From Coleofasciculus chthonoplastes F2-STO-03 (GTDB lineage: Bacteria > Cyanobacteriota > Cyanobacteriia > Cyanobacteriales > Coleofasciculaceae): a stretch of DNA of 64,000 nucleotides. The stretch's first letter is position 1. Each line of letters begins with the position of its first letter. Below the pieces are notes generated by a model. It was not told the origin of the DNA. It saw only the letters and a program-made list of their open reading frames with translations, and did not search any database. The translations under genes and the position numbers were made by a program. This document shows, piece by piece, positions 51,723 to 62,006 of the stretch. The DNA lies in the NCBI GenBank assembly GCA_040222015.1, contig JAVJWO010000072.1:15564-79563 (forward strand), given 5' to 3'.

Positions 51723-51989
51723 ATGCTTGTTGGAACTATGAATATCATGCTAAACATTGGCGACTATGCCCATCATCGTTCAACTGGGAACGTGGGTAAA
51801 GTTGTAGCTTATGGGCATCAAATCGTAGATGGTGTGTATTTACCCACTCTCAAAGTTGAAGTACAGGTAGTAAATGAGAGTGGGAAGAAGAAACGAATAT
51901 TTATTGAAGACGTGTTTCAGGAATGGATGCAGGTGGAGCAAGACGTTCATCCAGGGAAGCCGACTGAGACTGATTTAGCGATCGCGTAA
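51723..51989 (+). CDS. small hypothetical protein
   Basis: IGDY..H..TG.VGKV..YGH..TLKV, SH3-like; start may be 51747. Confidence 0.6.
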   Translation: MLVGTMNIMLNIGDYAHHRSTGNVGKVVAYGHQIVDGVYLPTLKVEVQVVNESGKKKRIFIEDVFQEWMQVEQDVHPGKPTETDLAIA

Positions 51990-52056
51990 CGTTGAAATGT
52001 TCATAATGTCGGTAACCGCATCGGTGATGTCAGGACAAACTCTGCTCAACCCTCTG

Positions 52057-52419
52057 TCACTCAACCAACGGTCTAGTGATATCAATCGTAATTGTGCCGC
52101 CAAAGTCAGGGATAGGAGCAGCCGGTTTACTCAGCCGCACTTGTACTCGCTCTACTCTATCGAGCTTTAACAGAGCATCTGCGATCGCGCTGGCTAATTT
52201 TTCTACCAGGGAAAACTTAGAATTGGCAATCAGTTGCTTAACCGTGTCAATGGCTTGGCGGTAATCCAAGGTATCGGTAATCTCGTCACTCTCACCCGCG
52301 GCGGCTAAATCTAGCCATAACGTCAGATCCACTTCAAACCATTGTCCGAGTACCCGCTCTTCTGGCAGATAACCCGTATAGCCATAAGACCGAATTTTCT
52401 TGACCTGTATACAATCCAT
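52057..52419 (-). CDS. folB: dihydroneopterin aldolase
   Basis: YGYTG.LPEE..LGQWF.VD, TLDY, LVEKLA, KPAAPI. Confidence 0.95.
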   Translation of the reverse strand: MDCIQVKKIRSYGYTGYLPEERVLGQWFEVDLTLWLDLAAAGESDEITDTLDYRQAIDTVKQLIANSKFSLVEKLASAIADALLKLDRVERVQVRLSKPAAPIPDFGGTITIDITRPLVE

Positions 52420-52765
52420 CGATAATACCCACTAAACAACTAATGACGAATGACGAAATAGCCTCTATAATCCCGACAAATAGCCTCCATAACCCCTAAG
52501 TATTATCCCCTAAGTTTTTATGCCTAGCAGGGGTTTCCAGGGCATAATCTGAGGCTCTTCGCCATCCTCTCATCCTCCACAAGCATTCTCTCTATGCTTT
52601 CTATTGAAAATCCAAATGCTAAGAATGGGGCATCGTCAGTTAATCTAATTAAAGAAATATTATGAAGTGTTACAAAGCTTAACTCTTACCGGAAATTATG
52701 AGACAGTGTTCCAAAGAATTGACGTTTTCTGAGTACACTGTCGTTCTCTCACTCCTCGGAGTCTA

Positions 52766-54514
52766 ATGCGAATCATTAATCGTATACATTTTAGAAACCT
52801 GCAAGGTGACATATTTGGGGGGCTTACCGCTGCGATTATCGCCCTTCCCATGGCACTGGCTTTCGGTGTTGCCTCTGGTGCTGGCGCTGTAGCTGGTCTT
52901 TGGGGTGCTGTTTTAGTTGGCTTCTTTGCTGCCCTGTTTGGTGGTACACCCACTCTGATTTCTGAACCCACTGGTCCAATGACCGTGGTCATGACTGCTG
53001 TTATCGCTAACCTGACGGCGACGGCGGGTACAGAAAAGGGTATGGCTATGGCATTTACCGTAGTCATGATGGCAGGGGTATTCCAGATTATTCTGGGTAC
53101 ATTGCGGTTGGGTCGATACGTTACCCTGATGCCCTACACCGTAGTATCCGGATTTATGTCTGGGATTGGATTTATCCTGGTCATCCTGCAACTTGGACCA
53201 TTCCTGGGACAGGCGAGTCCTAAGGGTGGCATCCTGGGTACAATTCAAAACATACCTGACCTGATTGGGAATATCCAGCCCGGTGAAACGGCTCTGGCGG
53301 TTTTGACGGTTGCGATTCTGGTAATACAGCCATTTTTATTGCAATCTGTGCCGTCTAATATTAAGAAGTTTTTCCCACCGCCCCAATTAATAGCGCTGGT
53401 GATTGGAACGGTAGTAGCGTTGTTTGTGTTCCCTGAAATGGAAATGATCCGCCGCATTGGTGAGATCCCTCAAGCTTTACCTACTTTACAGGTACCAACC
53501 TTTAGTGCGGCAGAATTCCAAACCATGCTCATCGATGCCTTGGTTTTGGGGATGCTCGGTTGTATTGATGCTCTACTCACCTCCGTTGTTGCCGATAGCT
53601 TAACTCGTACCCAACATGACTCGAACAAAGAATTAATTGGTCAAGGTTTAGGTAACTTGATGTCCGGGTTATTTGGCGGTATTGCTGGCGCTGGTGCAAC
53701 CATGGGAACCGTGGTCAATATCCAAACGGGTGCAAGAACGGCTCTATCTGGTTTAACTCGTGCCTTAATTTTACTGGTCGTAATCTTAGGCGCCGCCAGT
53801 CTAACGGCTTGGATTCCCATGGCAGTTCTGGCAGGAATCGCCCTCAAAGTTGGTATAGATATTATTGACTGGGGTTTCCTGAAGCGAGCGCACCAGGTTT
53901 CGATTAAAGCCGCCATGATTATGTATGGCGTGATCATCCTTACCGTCTTTGTGGACTTAATTGTCGCTGTTGGTATTGGTGTATTTGTTGCCAATCTCTT
54001 AACCATTGAACGTCTCTCCAAACTTCAAGCCAAGGATGTTAAGACGATTACGGATGCTGATGATGCCATCCTGATGACCGATGAAGAGAAAGAACTGATT
54101 GATCAAGCCGATGGTCGCATCCTCTTGTTCCATCTGAGTGGACCGATGATCTTTGGGGTGTCCAAGGCAATCTCCCGTCAACACAATGCGATGGAAGAGC
54201 ATGATGTCCTGATTGTCGATTTAAGTGATGTTCCTCATTTGGGTGTAACGTCTTCACTGGCGATTGAAAATGCCATCAAAGAAGCGATTGATAAAGGTCG
54301 TCAAGTTTTCATTGTTGGTGCTACGGGTCAGATCAAACGACGCCTGCAAAAATTTGGCATTCTGTCACTCTTACCGGCAAATAATTTGCATGTTGATCGG
54401 ACAGAAGCATTGCGGCAAGCCGTTGCTGTGGTCAAGGGATATGAACCCCCAGCAAATGGTATATCGTCAACTGCCTATCCCACTCAAGCCGATGATGTGG
54501 CTATCAGCAACTAA
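52766..54514 (+). CDS. bicA: SulP-family sodium-dependent bicarbonate transporter BicA
   Basis: GDIFGGLTAA..LPMALAFG, ISEPTGPMT, STAS domain; followed by nhaS3. Confidence 0.9.
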   Translation: MRIINRIHFRNLQGDIFGGLTAAIIALPMALAFGVASGAGAVAGLWGAVLVGFFAALFGGTPTLISEPTGPMTVVMTAVIANLTATAGTEKGMAMAFTVVMMAGVFQIILGTLRLGRYVTLMPYTVVSGFMSGIGFILVILQLGPFLGQASPKGGILGTIQNIPDLIGNIQPGETALAVLTVAILVIQPFLLQSVPSNIKKFFPPPQLIALVIGTVVALFVFPEMEMIRRIGEIPQALPTLQVPTFSAAEFQTMLIDALVLGMLGCIDALLTSVVADSLTRTQHDSNKELIGQGLGNLMSGLFGGIAGAGATMGTVVNIQTGARTALSGLTRALILLVVILGAASLTAWIPMAVLAGIALKVGIDIIDWGFLKRAHQVSIKAAMIMYGVIILTVFVDLIVAVGIGVFVANLLTIERLSKLQAKDVKTITDADDAILMTDEEKELIDQADGRILLFHLSGPMIFGVSKAISRQHNAMEEHDVLIVDLSDVPHLGVTSSLAIENAIKEAIDKGRQVFIVGATGQIKRRLQKFGILSLLPANNLHVDRTEALRQAVAVVKGYEPPANGISSTAYPTQADDVAISN

Positions 54515-55069
54515 CAGGTTCTAATAAGGCTTGTTATATATGATTGATATCTAACCCCCCTGTCTCCAATGGGGAAATTTTTTTTGCGTTTAGGGTTTGT
54601 CAGATCCCCGATTTCTCGAAGAAATCGGAGATCTAATATCCAATCTGGACGATAAGAAAGGATTGGGATAATTATTAGGAATATTAAATCTGTAAATTTT
54701 CTTAATTTTGCCACAAAGACTTATAATTATAGTACGACTTAAACTTAGTAAAATAAGGTTTGTTTTTGCCAATTAACCAGATGCAAACCTTTGTCTAGAC
54801 TGATAAGGATAGGTCTGTGCCAAAAAGCCGATCAAGATGATCTGACAATAAATTGATCAAGTTAGAGTTGTGCGATAGGTATTCCTTTTATCTCAGCGCA
54901 CTCTAGTCAGAAATTCGCTTAAATTCAGATATTCATGGATTTAGGGGACACGCCATTTAAGGACTTCGGCTTGAAGTAATACGCTTTGAGGGGCTAAATA
55001 TAGTTGAGTGTCACTAAACCTCAAAGGTAACTCATCAATCAATCTCACAGACTTGAAGATAAACAATAA

Positions 55070-56467
55070 ATGCAGACCATGATTTTTTCCGACCTGATAC
55101 AACCAATTCCCATATTAGCAACAGCACCAGAAAATGGGTCAATTGTACTCGCTGGTGTGTTACTCAGTTTAGTTATCATTTATCTTGCCAGTAAAGTGGG
55201 GGGAGAGTTATCCAAGGCAGTTGATTTACCGCCAGTTTTAGGTGAATTAGTCGGCGGTGTTGTCGTGGGTGTTTCAGCCTTGCATCTGCTAGTTTTTCCC
55301 GAAAGTGGCGCGGTGGCGGCTGATTCGCTACTAATGAAGCTGCTGCAATGGATTGGTGATTTAAGCCCAGAGGCTGTCATCAGTGTCTTTGAAACCCAGA
55401 GTGAAGTCGTCTCGGTTTTAGCTGAAATCGGGGTAATCATCCTCTTATTTGAGATTGGCTTAGAATCAGACTTACGGGATCTCAAAGAAGTCGGTTATCA
55501 AGCGGCAATTGTGGCAGTGGTGGGTGTCGTCGCCCCCTTTGCAGCGGGTACAGCCGGGTTAATGTTTTTCTTTAATGTTGCCGCGATTCCAGCGATTTTT
55601 GCAGGTGCAGCGTTAACCGCCACCAGTATTGGGATTACGTCCAAAGTTCTCTCGGAATTAGGGCGTCTCAAATCAAAAGAAGGTCAAATTATTGTCGGGG
55701 CAGCGGTTATTGATGATGTCTTGGGTATCATCGTCTTAGCCGTGGTTGCTAGTCTGGCTAAAACAGGTGAGGTTGACGTTTTCAACGTTATCTATCTGAT
55801 TATTAGTGCGACTGTTTTCCTCCTCGGTTCTATTTTCCTGGGTAAATTTTTCAACCGCTCCTTTGTGGCGATCGCGGATAAGTTACAAACGCGAGGACAA
55901 TTGGTTATTCCGGCGTTTACCTTTGCGTTTTTAATGGCGTTCTTAGCGAATGTAATCCAATTAGAAGCGATTTTAGGAGCATTTGCAGCGGGATTGGTTT
56001 TGGATGAAACGGATAAACGCAAAGAACTGGATAAGCAAGTTGTTCCCATTGCCGATATTTTAGTACCGATTTTCTTTGTGGCTGTGGGTGCGAAAGCCGA
56101 TTTAGGTGTTCTCAATCCTGCGGTTCCGGCAAATCGCGAAGGATTAGTCATTGCTGTTTTCTTAATTGGGGTAGCGATTATCGGCAAATTGATTACAGGT
56201 TGGACATTTATTGGTCAACCCCAAATTAACCGCTTGGCGATTGGGGTTGGTATGATTCCTCGTGGTGAAGTGGGATTGGTGTTTGCGGGAATTGGTTCAG
56301 CTAGTGGGGTTTTGAGTAAGCCTTTAGAAGCAGCGATTATCATTATGGTGATTCTGACGACATTCTTAGCGCCACCTTTCTTGCGAGTGGCATTTAAAGG
56401 TTCCCCGGAAGTTGCGGAAGTTGAAGAGTCTAAAGAAGCTCTGGAACAAGCGGATTTGTTTGGATAG
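55070..56467 (+). CDS. nhaS3: Na+/H+ antiporter (CPA2), NhaS3-like
   Basis: LLFEIGLES, ATSIGIT, AAVIDD, GMIPRGEVGL. Confidence 0.85.
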   Translation: MQTMIFSDLIQPIPILATAPENGSIVLAGVLLSLVIIYLASKVGGELSKAVDLPPVLGELVGGVVVGVSALHLLVFPESGAVAADSLLMKLLQWIGDLSPEAVISVFETQSEVVSVLAEIGVIILLFEIGLESDLRDLKEVGYQAAIVAVVGVVAPFAAGTAGLMFFFNVAAIPAIFAGAALTATSIGITSKVLSELGRLKSKEGQIIVGAAVIDDVLGIIVLAVVASLAKTGEVDVFNVIYLIISATVFLLGSIFLGKFFNRSFVAIADKLQTRGQLVIPAFTFAFLMAFLANVIQLEAILGAFAAGLVLDETDKRKELDKQVVPIADILVPIFFVAVGAKADLGVLNPAVPANREGLVIAVFLIGVAIIGKLITGWTFIGQPQINRLAIGVGMIPRGEVGLVFAGIGSASGVLSKPLEAAIIIMVILTTFLAPPFLRVAFKGSPEVAEVEESKEALEQADLFG

Positions 56468-56530
56468 AGAACTGTAGGGGCACGGCAGTAGATAAACAAT
56501 GGTGCGTTACGCTTTGCTAACGCACCCTAC

Positions 56531-56896
56531 TGGCGTGGCACACCTAATTTGGTGCATTGGAATTGTAGGGGCGCACCGACGTGCATTGGCGTCAACTTAA
56601 GCTCAACCCCTCTCCCCCAGCCCCTCTCCCACGCCGGGGAGAGGGGATGGGGGTGAGGGCGGTTCCCCTTCTCCCGTGCAACGAAAGCGAAGCATCCTCT
56701 GTCCTCCCCCCTCTTGTAGGGGGGAACGAGGGGGGTGGGAGAAGGGGTTAGGGGATGAGGGGGAAATGTCGAGGAGTAAATAGACACAGCTTAAAACCTT
56801 GCCAGCATTGATTTTCTACCTTAAGTTGACACGGGTGACCGACGTGCGCCCAATTTAACCATCAATCTATTCCACAATTTTAGCTGTGTCAGTCCA
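56531..56896. mobile_element. MITE carrying a nested 253 bp element (56585-56837) with a 10-bp duplication
   Basis: inner inverted ends GTCAACTTAAG/CTTAAGTTGAC; ACCGACGTGC at 56575-56584 and at 56838-56847. Confidence 0.78.
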
Positions 56897-56902
56897 CTCC
56901 GG

Positions 56903-57805
56903 CTATAGAAAACGGGTTGACTGATTCCTAGTTTCAGCTAACGCTTGATGTAACGCCCCACGATGCCTCCAACCAACGAATCCGCTGTAAAGACATTCCC
57001 CTTCGGGATTCGCGACAAAGATATGGTCAACGTGTAACGGACTTGTCCAGATGCGAATCGTGAATCCGTTAGCAAAGGTGATGTAGGGTTGACTCCGGGC
57101 AAAGTCTCGCGGATGAGCATCTGTCATTCCAGGTATTGACTGCAAGCGTTCAATTAACTGAGCCATAAAATCTAGGGGGTAAGGGTCAGTTATTGTCGGA
57201 TTTGCCCAAAATTCCCGGATAATTCCAATGACAGTGGGATGATTTTTGAGTTGGGCATGGGCTAAATTGGGGATACTCACAAACTTGGCACGGGAAAACT
57301 TGGTTGATTCAACAGTAATTGTGCCGTCGCTACCCCTATCCCTATCGCCAGCAATGACTAACGTAGGAATCTTTTTGGCGATGGATTGGGCAATCTGGCG
57401 GCGATTCATCCCTAGCGCACCAGCCATACCGATACCAACACTAAAGGGGTCTATTATTCGAGCTAAATCTGCCCCGCCAATGGGGGATGCAACCAGTACA
57501 AATGATTCTATCTGAGACCACCATTCGGGATGTTGATTAAGAATTTCTAGCCAAATTAAACCGCCCATGGAATGACCGATAATTTGGATCGGGATATCCG
57601 GATACTGAATAATGGTTTGAGTGGCTATCCCTTCTACTTGTTGAATTAACGGTTCAATGCGCCACCAGGTTTTCAACCAACCCAGATTGGGTGTAACCAA
57701 GTGAGACTGGGGAGTGGCTAAGGATTTCGCTAGGGCTGCGATCGCGTGATGGGTATCCGCCCAGCCGTGTTGGGCAAATATAATAAAGTCTGGGGTTTTT
57801 GGCAT
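56903..57805 (-). CDS. alpha/beta hydrolase
   Basis: AQHGWAD, GHSMGG nucleophile elbow, DG..T, H.QLKNHP. Confidence 0.88.
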   Translation of the reverse strand: MPKTPDFIIFAQHGWADTHHAIAALAKSLATPQSHLVTPNLGWLKTWWRIEPLIQQVEGIATQTIIQYPDIPIQIIGHSMGGLIWLEILNQHPEWWSQIESFVLVASPIGGADLARIIDPFSVGIGMAGALGMNRRQIAQSIAKKIPTLVIAGDRDRGSDGTITVESTKFSRAKFVSIPNLAHAQLKNHPTVIGIIREFWANPTITDPYPLDFMAQLIERLQSIPGMTDAHPRDFARSQPYITFANGFTIRIWTSPLHVDHIFVANPEGECLYSGFVGWRHRGALHQALAETRNQSTRFL

Positions 57806-57891
57806 TGTGATAGTTAGATGAGGAAGATGGGGGAGATGAGGAAGAGAATTTGCAAAGGACGAATGACAAATGACGAAAGACCCATAACAAA

Positions 57892-58518
57892 TCAACCATC
57901 AATTATTACTGGATTTTGCCAAAAGTCCCGAATCACTTCCGCTACAGCCGGATGATTTTTTAGGGTGGGATGGGATAATGTGGGTAGATAAAAGAAATTT
58001 GCACCGGGAACCTTTGTTTCTTCTAGAGTCACTGCACCGTCCGTTCCGCCACCAATATCGCCCGCAATCACTAACGTGGGAATCACTTTAGCAATGGATT
58101 CCGCCATCTGGCGGCGATTGTTCAACAAAGCCCCGGCTATCCCCACCCCCATTCCCAAAAAGGTAAAATTTCGGGCTAAATCCACGCCACCAATAGGAGA
58201 AGCCACGAGAACCAACGACTCCACCTGAGTCCACCATTCGGGATGTTGGTTGAGAAGTTCTACCCAGATTAATCCGCCCAGGGAATAACCAATAATCCGG
58301 ATCGGGGTTTGGGGATACTGGGCAATTGTTTCCGTAGCAATTCCCTCCACCTGCTTGATTAACGGCTTAATCCGCCACCAGGTTTTCCACCAACCCAGAT
58401 TGGGGGTAATCACCAGCGTCTGGGGAGTCGCCAGAGTTTTCGCCATCGCTGCGATCGCCTCTTCTGTATCTGCCCATCCGTGTTGGGCAAATAGAATGTA
58501 ATCTGGGGTTTCTTGCAT
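57892..58518 (-). CDS. alpha/beta hydrolase, tandem paralog lacking the C-terminal domain
   Basis: AQHGWAD, GYSLGG; colinear with its neighbour. Confidence 0.85.
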   Translation of the reverse strand: MQETPDYILFAQHGWADTEEAIAAMAKTLATPQTLVITPNLGWWKTWWRIKPLIKQVEGIATETIAQYPQTPIRIIGYSLGGLIWVELLNQHPEWWTQVESLVLVASPIGGVDLARNFTFLGMGVGIAGALLNNRRQMAESIAKVIPTLVIAGDIGGGTDGAVTLEETKVPGANFFYLPTLSHPTLKNHPAVAEVIRDFWQNPVIIDG

Positions 58519-58604
58519 CGTGATAGTCAGATGAGGCAGCTGGGGGAGATGGGGGAGAGAATTTACAAATGACATAAACTTAGCTTGCTTCTCGCTTGCG
58601 CGAG

Positions 58605-58707
58605 TAAGCTGTTCGGCATTTAAACCATAATGTCAAGAATTGCGAGATCCTTGTAGTGCGAGCATCTTGCTCGCTACTAATACCCAATTTAAATGCATTA
58701 CAGCTTA
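58605..58707. mobile_element. MITE-like element, inverted copy of 4022-4125
   Basis: TAAGCTGT..ACAGCTTA ends, internal GTAGTGCGAGC..GCTCGC. Confidence 0.75.
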
Positions 58708-58718
58708 GGACGAATAAC

Positions 58719-59177
58719 TTATCCGCTTAGTTTAGCTTTAACCATAGCTTGAATCTTGCGACCTTCAGCACGCCCTTTGAGTTTGTCCATGGCGGGTCCC
58801 ATGACTTTCCCCATGTCTTTCATCGAACTTGCACCAGTTTGGGTAATAATTTCATCCAGTATCGCTTCAATTTCCTGATCCGATAGTGGGGCGGGGAGAT
58901 AGTTTTCAAGTATGGCTAACTCTTTGGCTTCTTGTTCCGCCAAGTCTTCCCGTCCAGCGTTACGATACTGTTCCATTGAATCCCGACGCTGTTTGGCAAG
59001 CTGGGCTAAGAGTTCAAGTTCCTGAGTTTCGGTGAGTGTCTCTTGTCCTTGAGGGCGCAAGCTGACCTCTTTTTCTAGGATCAGCTTTTTGATGCTGCGA
59101 ACCGTTTCCAGCCAAACTTTATCTTTCGCCTTCATCGCGACTTTGATATCTTCAGAGATGCGGTCTTTGAGGCTCAT
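58719..59177 (-). CDS. GatB/YqeY domain protein
   Basis: MSLKDRI..D.K.AMKAKDK, KQRRDS..QY, KDMGKVMG. Confidence 0.93.
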   Translation of the reverse strand: MSLKDRISEDIKVAMKAKDKVWLETVRSIKKLILEKEVSLRPQGQETLTETQELELLAQLAKQRRDSMEQYRNAGREDLAEQEAKELAILENYLPAPLSDQEIEAILDEIITQTGASSMKDMGKVMGPAMDKLKGRAEGRKIQAMVKAKLSG

Positions 59178-59378
59178 TATGACGATTGAGGAAACAACTG
59201 ATTAAATTATAAAGAGTAAACCGGGCGATCAACGGGATTGGCTCATTAGGATTGTAAGTTTAAGTTGAACAGCACTGAATTCATGCTGGTGGGCAGTGCC
59301 CACCCTACGATAAGCTGTCACGCATTTAAATATTTCAGTGCCATTGATTTTCAGTTATTCATCGAGATATATCCAACA

Positions 59379-60659
59379 ATGCTTATTCTTCATCACCCAA
59401 AACTCCTCGACTTCATGCAGGCTGATTATAGTGTGTCAGATATTCAGCAGTTATTCGAGTTTCTCAAAAACCAAGGCACATTTCAGTTTCCCTCACTAGA
59501 GAATGGCTTATTTGCGGCGGCTTTGTTAAAAAGTGACACCGAATATACAGACTATACCAGTGTTTGGGTACGAGATAATCTCTATATTGCTCATGCCCAT
59601 TATGTTCTGGGAGAGGTTGAAACTGCTCTGAAAACGGTTAATGCCCTGATCAGCTATTTTAATAAGCATCAATGGCGTTTTATCAAGATTATTGAGGGCG
59701 AAGCTGACCCCCAGAATGTGATGGAGCGCCCCCATGTTCGCTTTGATGGTAAAAATTTGGCGGAAATCAATCAAAAATGGGCGCACGCGCAAAATGATGC
59801 TTTGGGATTTTTCTTATGGTTTTACTGTCAATTAGCAACTCAGGGACTCCTGAATCCTCAAGCTGATGAATTCGCTGTTTTGGCATTATTTCCCCATTAC
59901 TTTCAAGCAATTCGCTATTGGCAGGATGAAGATAGTGGTCATTGGGAGGAAACGCGCAAACTAGAAGCGTCTAGTGTTGGCGGCGTAGTTGCGGGGTTAA
60001 AAGCCCTGCAAACCCTACTCAATCAAAGGAAAAAGTGGTCGGAGATACAAGAGTGCGATCGCGCCTTCTACCCATCTTTTTTAACTGAGTTAATCGCCCA
60101 GGGAGAATCAACCATAGAAACTATTTTACCCGCCGAATGCATCCAACCGGAACCGAAAAAGAATCGACGTTATGATACAGCATTATTGTTCCTGATTTAC
60201 CCATTACAATTGGTTCCAGAAACCACAGCCAATCAAATCCTAGATAATGTTATTACTCATCTGCAAGGTGACTACGGTATCCGACGTTACCTAGGGGACT
60301 CTTACTGGTGCGCCAACTACAAGAAAAAGTTGCCACCCCAAGAACGGACAAGGGATTGGAGTGAAAGCATTGAGGAGCGCGATCGCTTATTGGCGGATGG
60401 GGAACAAGCCCAATGGTGTGTTTTTGATCCGATTCTTTCCATAATCTTTGCACTCAAGTTTCAGCACTATCAACAGCCTCACGATTTCCAGCAACAAATC
60501 TATTATCTCAATCGTTCTCTGGGGCAAATTACCGGAGAAGATAGCGAGTTTGGCGAGTTGAAATGTCCGGAACTTTATCATCGAGAAGATGATCACTATG
60601 TTCCCAGTGATGCAACATTATTACTTTGGACACAAGCTAATTTAGCCGTAATTGATTGA
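59379..60659 (+). CDS. glycoside hydrolase family 15 / phosphorylase kinase regulatory subunit-like protein
   Basis: VWVRDN, AQNDALG, DSGHWEE, GIRRYLGDSY, PELY, LLWTQANL; C-terminus 13 aa shorter than the downstream copy. Confidence 0.8.
   Translation: MLILHHPKLLDFMQADYSVSDIQQLFEFLKNQGTFQFPSLENGLFAAALLKSDTEYTDYTSVWVRDNLYIAHAHYVLGEVETALKTVNALISYFNKHQWRFIKIIEGEADPQNVMERPHVRFDGKNLAEINQKWAHAQNDALGFFLWFYCQLATQGLLNPQADEFAVLALFPHYFQAIRYWQDEDSGHWEETRKLEASSVGGVVAGLKALQTLLNQRKKWSEIQECDRAFYPSFLTELIAQGESTIETILPAECIQPEPKKNRRYDTALLFLIYPLQLVPETTANQILDNVITHLQGDYGIRRYLGDSYWCANYKKKLPPQERTRDWSESIEERDRLLADGEQAQWCVFDPILSIIFALKFQHYQQPHDFQQQIYYLNRSLGQITGEDSEFGELKCPELYHREDDHYVPSDATLLLWTQANLAVID
60051..60649 (+). 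repeat. ~600 bp direct repeat, copy 1
   Basis: aligns to 61995-62593; both start at GAGT-GCGATCGC. Confidence 0.92.
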
Positions 60660-60703
60660 GTCTTGTGCTAATCTATATCTGAAATAATTATAAATCAAAT
60701 CTC

Positions 60704-61729
60704 ATGGAATTGCTAGATGTTTTAACTGTATATCACGGAACTGAGGCTAGGGAAATCGAGCTCTACCAGGGTGATTTGACTAGCTTGAAGCCAGAGGAAG
60801 CCGTTGATATATTAGTCGTTTCGGCTTTCCCGAACGACTATACTCCTACACCGACTTCACTCATCGGTGCTTTGTACAGCAAGGGAGTTTCTGTCCTACA
60901 ACTAGCCGATGCTAAAGCTGTGGATCTTCGGCAAACATGTTCCTGTTGGTTGTCCCAGGAAATAGTATCACAAGCATCTGGCATTCAGTTCAAGCGCATT
61001 CTTTGCTTTGAGCCGTGCGTGCGAGGTACTCCGCCGGAGGTTGTTGGGGACATTTTCCGTACTCTAATACCCTTTTTGGGAAGTGATACTCCCAGCTATA
61101 AAATTGCTATGCCTTTGGTTGCATCTGGCGATCAAAGGGAGTCAGCGAAAAAAATGTTGGCGTCGCTCCTTGAGGCGGCTGTACATTGGATGGCTTTGGG
61201 AATTCCCCTCAAAAAACTAAAAATTGTAGAACATTCGGTTTCAAAAGCCGCTCAATTGAAGCAAGAGTTTTCGTATTTGAAACGAAAGTACGAGATTTAC
61301 CCTCTTCGAGAAAGACCAGGATTTAAATATGAAATTTTTATTAGCTATTCTCATAAAGATACAGAAAAAGTTTTATTACTTACTGAGGAACTACAAAAAC
61401 TCCGCCCCAATCTATCTATGTTCCTTGATCGGCAAGAACTCAATGCTGGTATGGCTTGGCAGCAAGAAATCTACGAAGCTCTTGACGACTGTAGGAAAGT
61501 TATAGCGGTCTACTCTCCCACCTATTTAATATCCAAAGTATGTCAGGAAGAGTTCAATATTGCGATGTTCCGGCATCGAGAATCCGAAGAACCCATACTG
61601 TTTCCGATTTTTTTATTTGATGCTAAACTTCCTACTTACATGAAGGTACTTCTCCAGTATGTGGATTGTCGGGAAGGAGATGAAGAGAAGCTTCGCTATG
61701 CCTGTAGGGAGTTCTTCTCAAAATTTTAA
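60704..61729 (+). CDS. Macro-like domain - TIR domain fusion protein
   Basis: N-terminal LYQGDLT..VDILVVS..IAMPLVASG; C-terminal IFISYSHKD..FLD..W.QEI..SKVCQEE. Confidence 0.8.
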   Translation: MELLDVLTVYHGTEAREIELYQGDLTSLKPEEAVDILVVSAFPNDYTPTPTSLIGALYSKGVSVLQLADAKAVDLRQTCSCWLSQEIVSQASGIQFKRILCFEPCVRGTPPEVVGDIFRTLIPFLGSDTPSYKIAMPLVASGDQRESAKKMLASLLEAAVHWMALGIPLKKLKIVEHSVSKAAQLKQEFSYLKRKYEIYPLRERPGFKYEIFISYSHKDTEKVLLLTEELQKLRPNLSMFLDRQELNAGMAWQQEIYEALDDCRKVIAVYSPTYLISKVCQEEFNIAMFRHRESEEPILFPIFLFDAKLPTYMKVLLQYVDCREGDEEKLRYACREFFSKF

Positions 61730-61749
61730 ATCGGAAAACTAATTAGTTA

Positions 61750-62006
61750 TCAAAGATTGTGGCTTTTTACCGCGAATTCATTTTGCCTATCTTCTACTAA
61801 GATAACAGGAATAGAAGTGGTTTCTAGAACAGCTTGCGACACAGAACCGACTCGCACCTGTTGCCAACGTTGATGTCCCCGTTTTCCCATAACAATATCT
61901 GCCACTTGATACTCTTGTGCTACACGAACGATTTCCTCTGGAACAGAACCCTTGAGCGTGATAAATTTATAGCGAATATCACTGAGTAATCGTTGAGTGC
62001 GATCGC
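61750..62006 (-). pseudogene. universal stress protein, C-terminal fragment truncated at HIP1
   Basis: G.VPEEIVRVA..DIVMGKRG..VGSVSQAV..IPVILV; the N-terminus runs into repeat copy 2. Confidence 0.78.

Noticed and set aside
52420..52765. CcmR/NdhR operator upstream of bicA
   Set aside because: Expected from biology, but I could not identify a convincing ATAG-N8-CTAT-type site by eye.
59265..59378. N-terminal extension of the GH15 ORF (similarly the extensions at 57806-57895 and 58519-58575)
   Set aside because: These stretches consist of REP, MITE-end or 9-mer repeat DNA; downstream ATGs are better starts.
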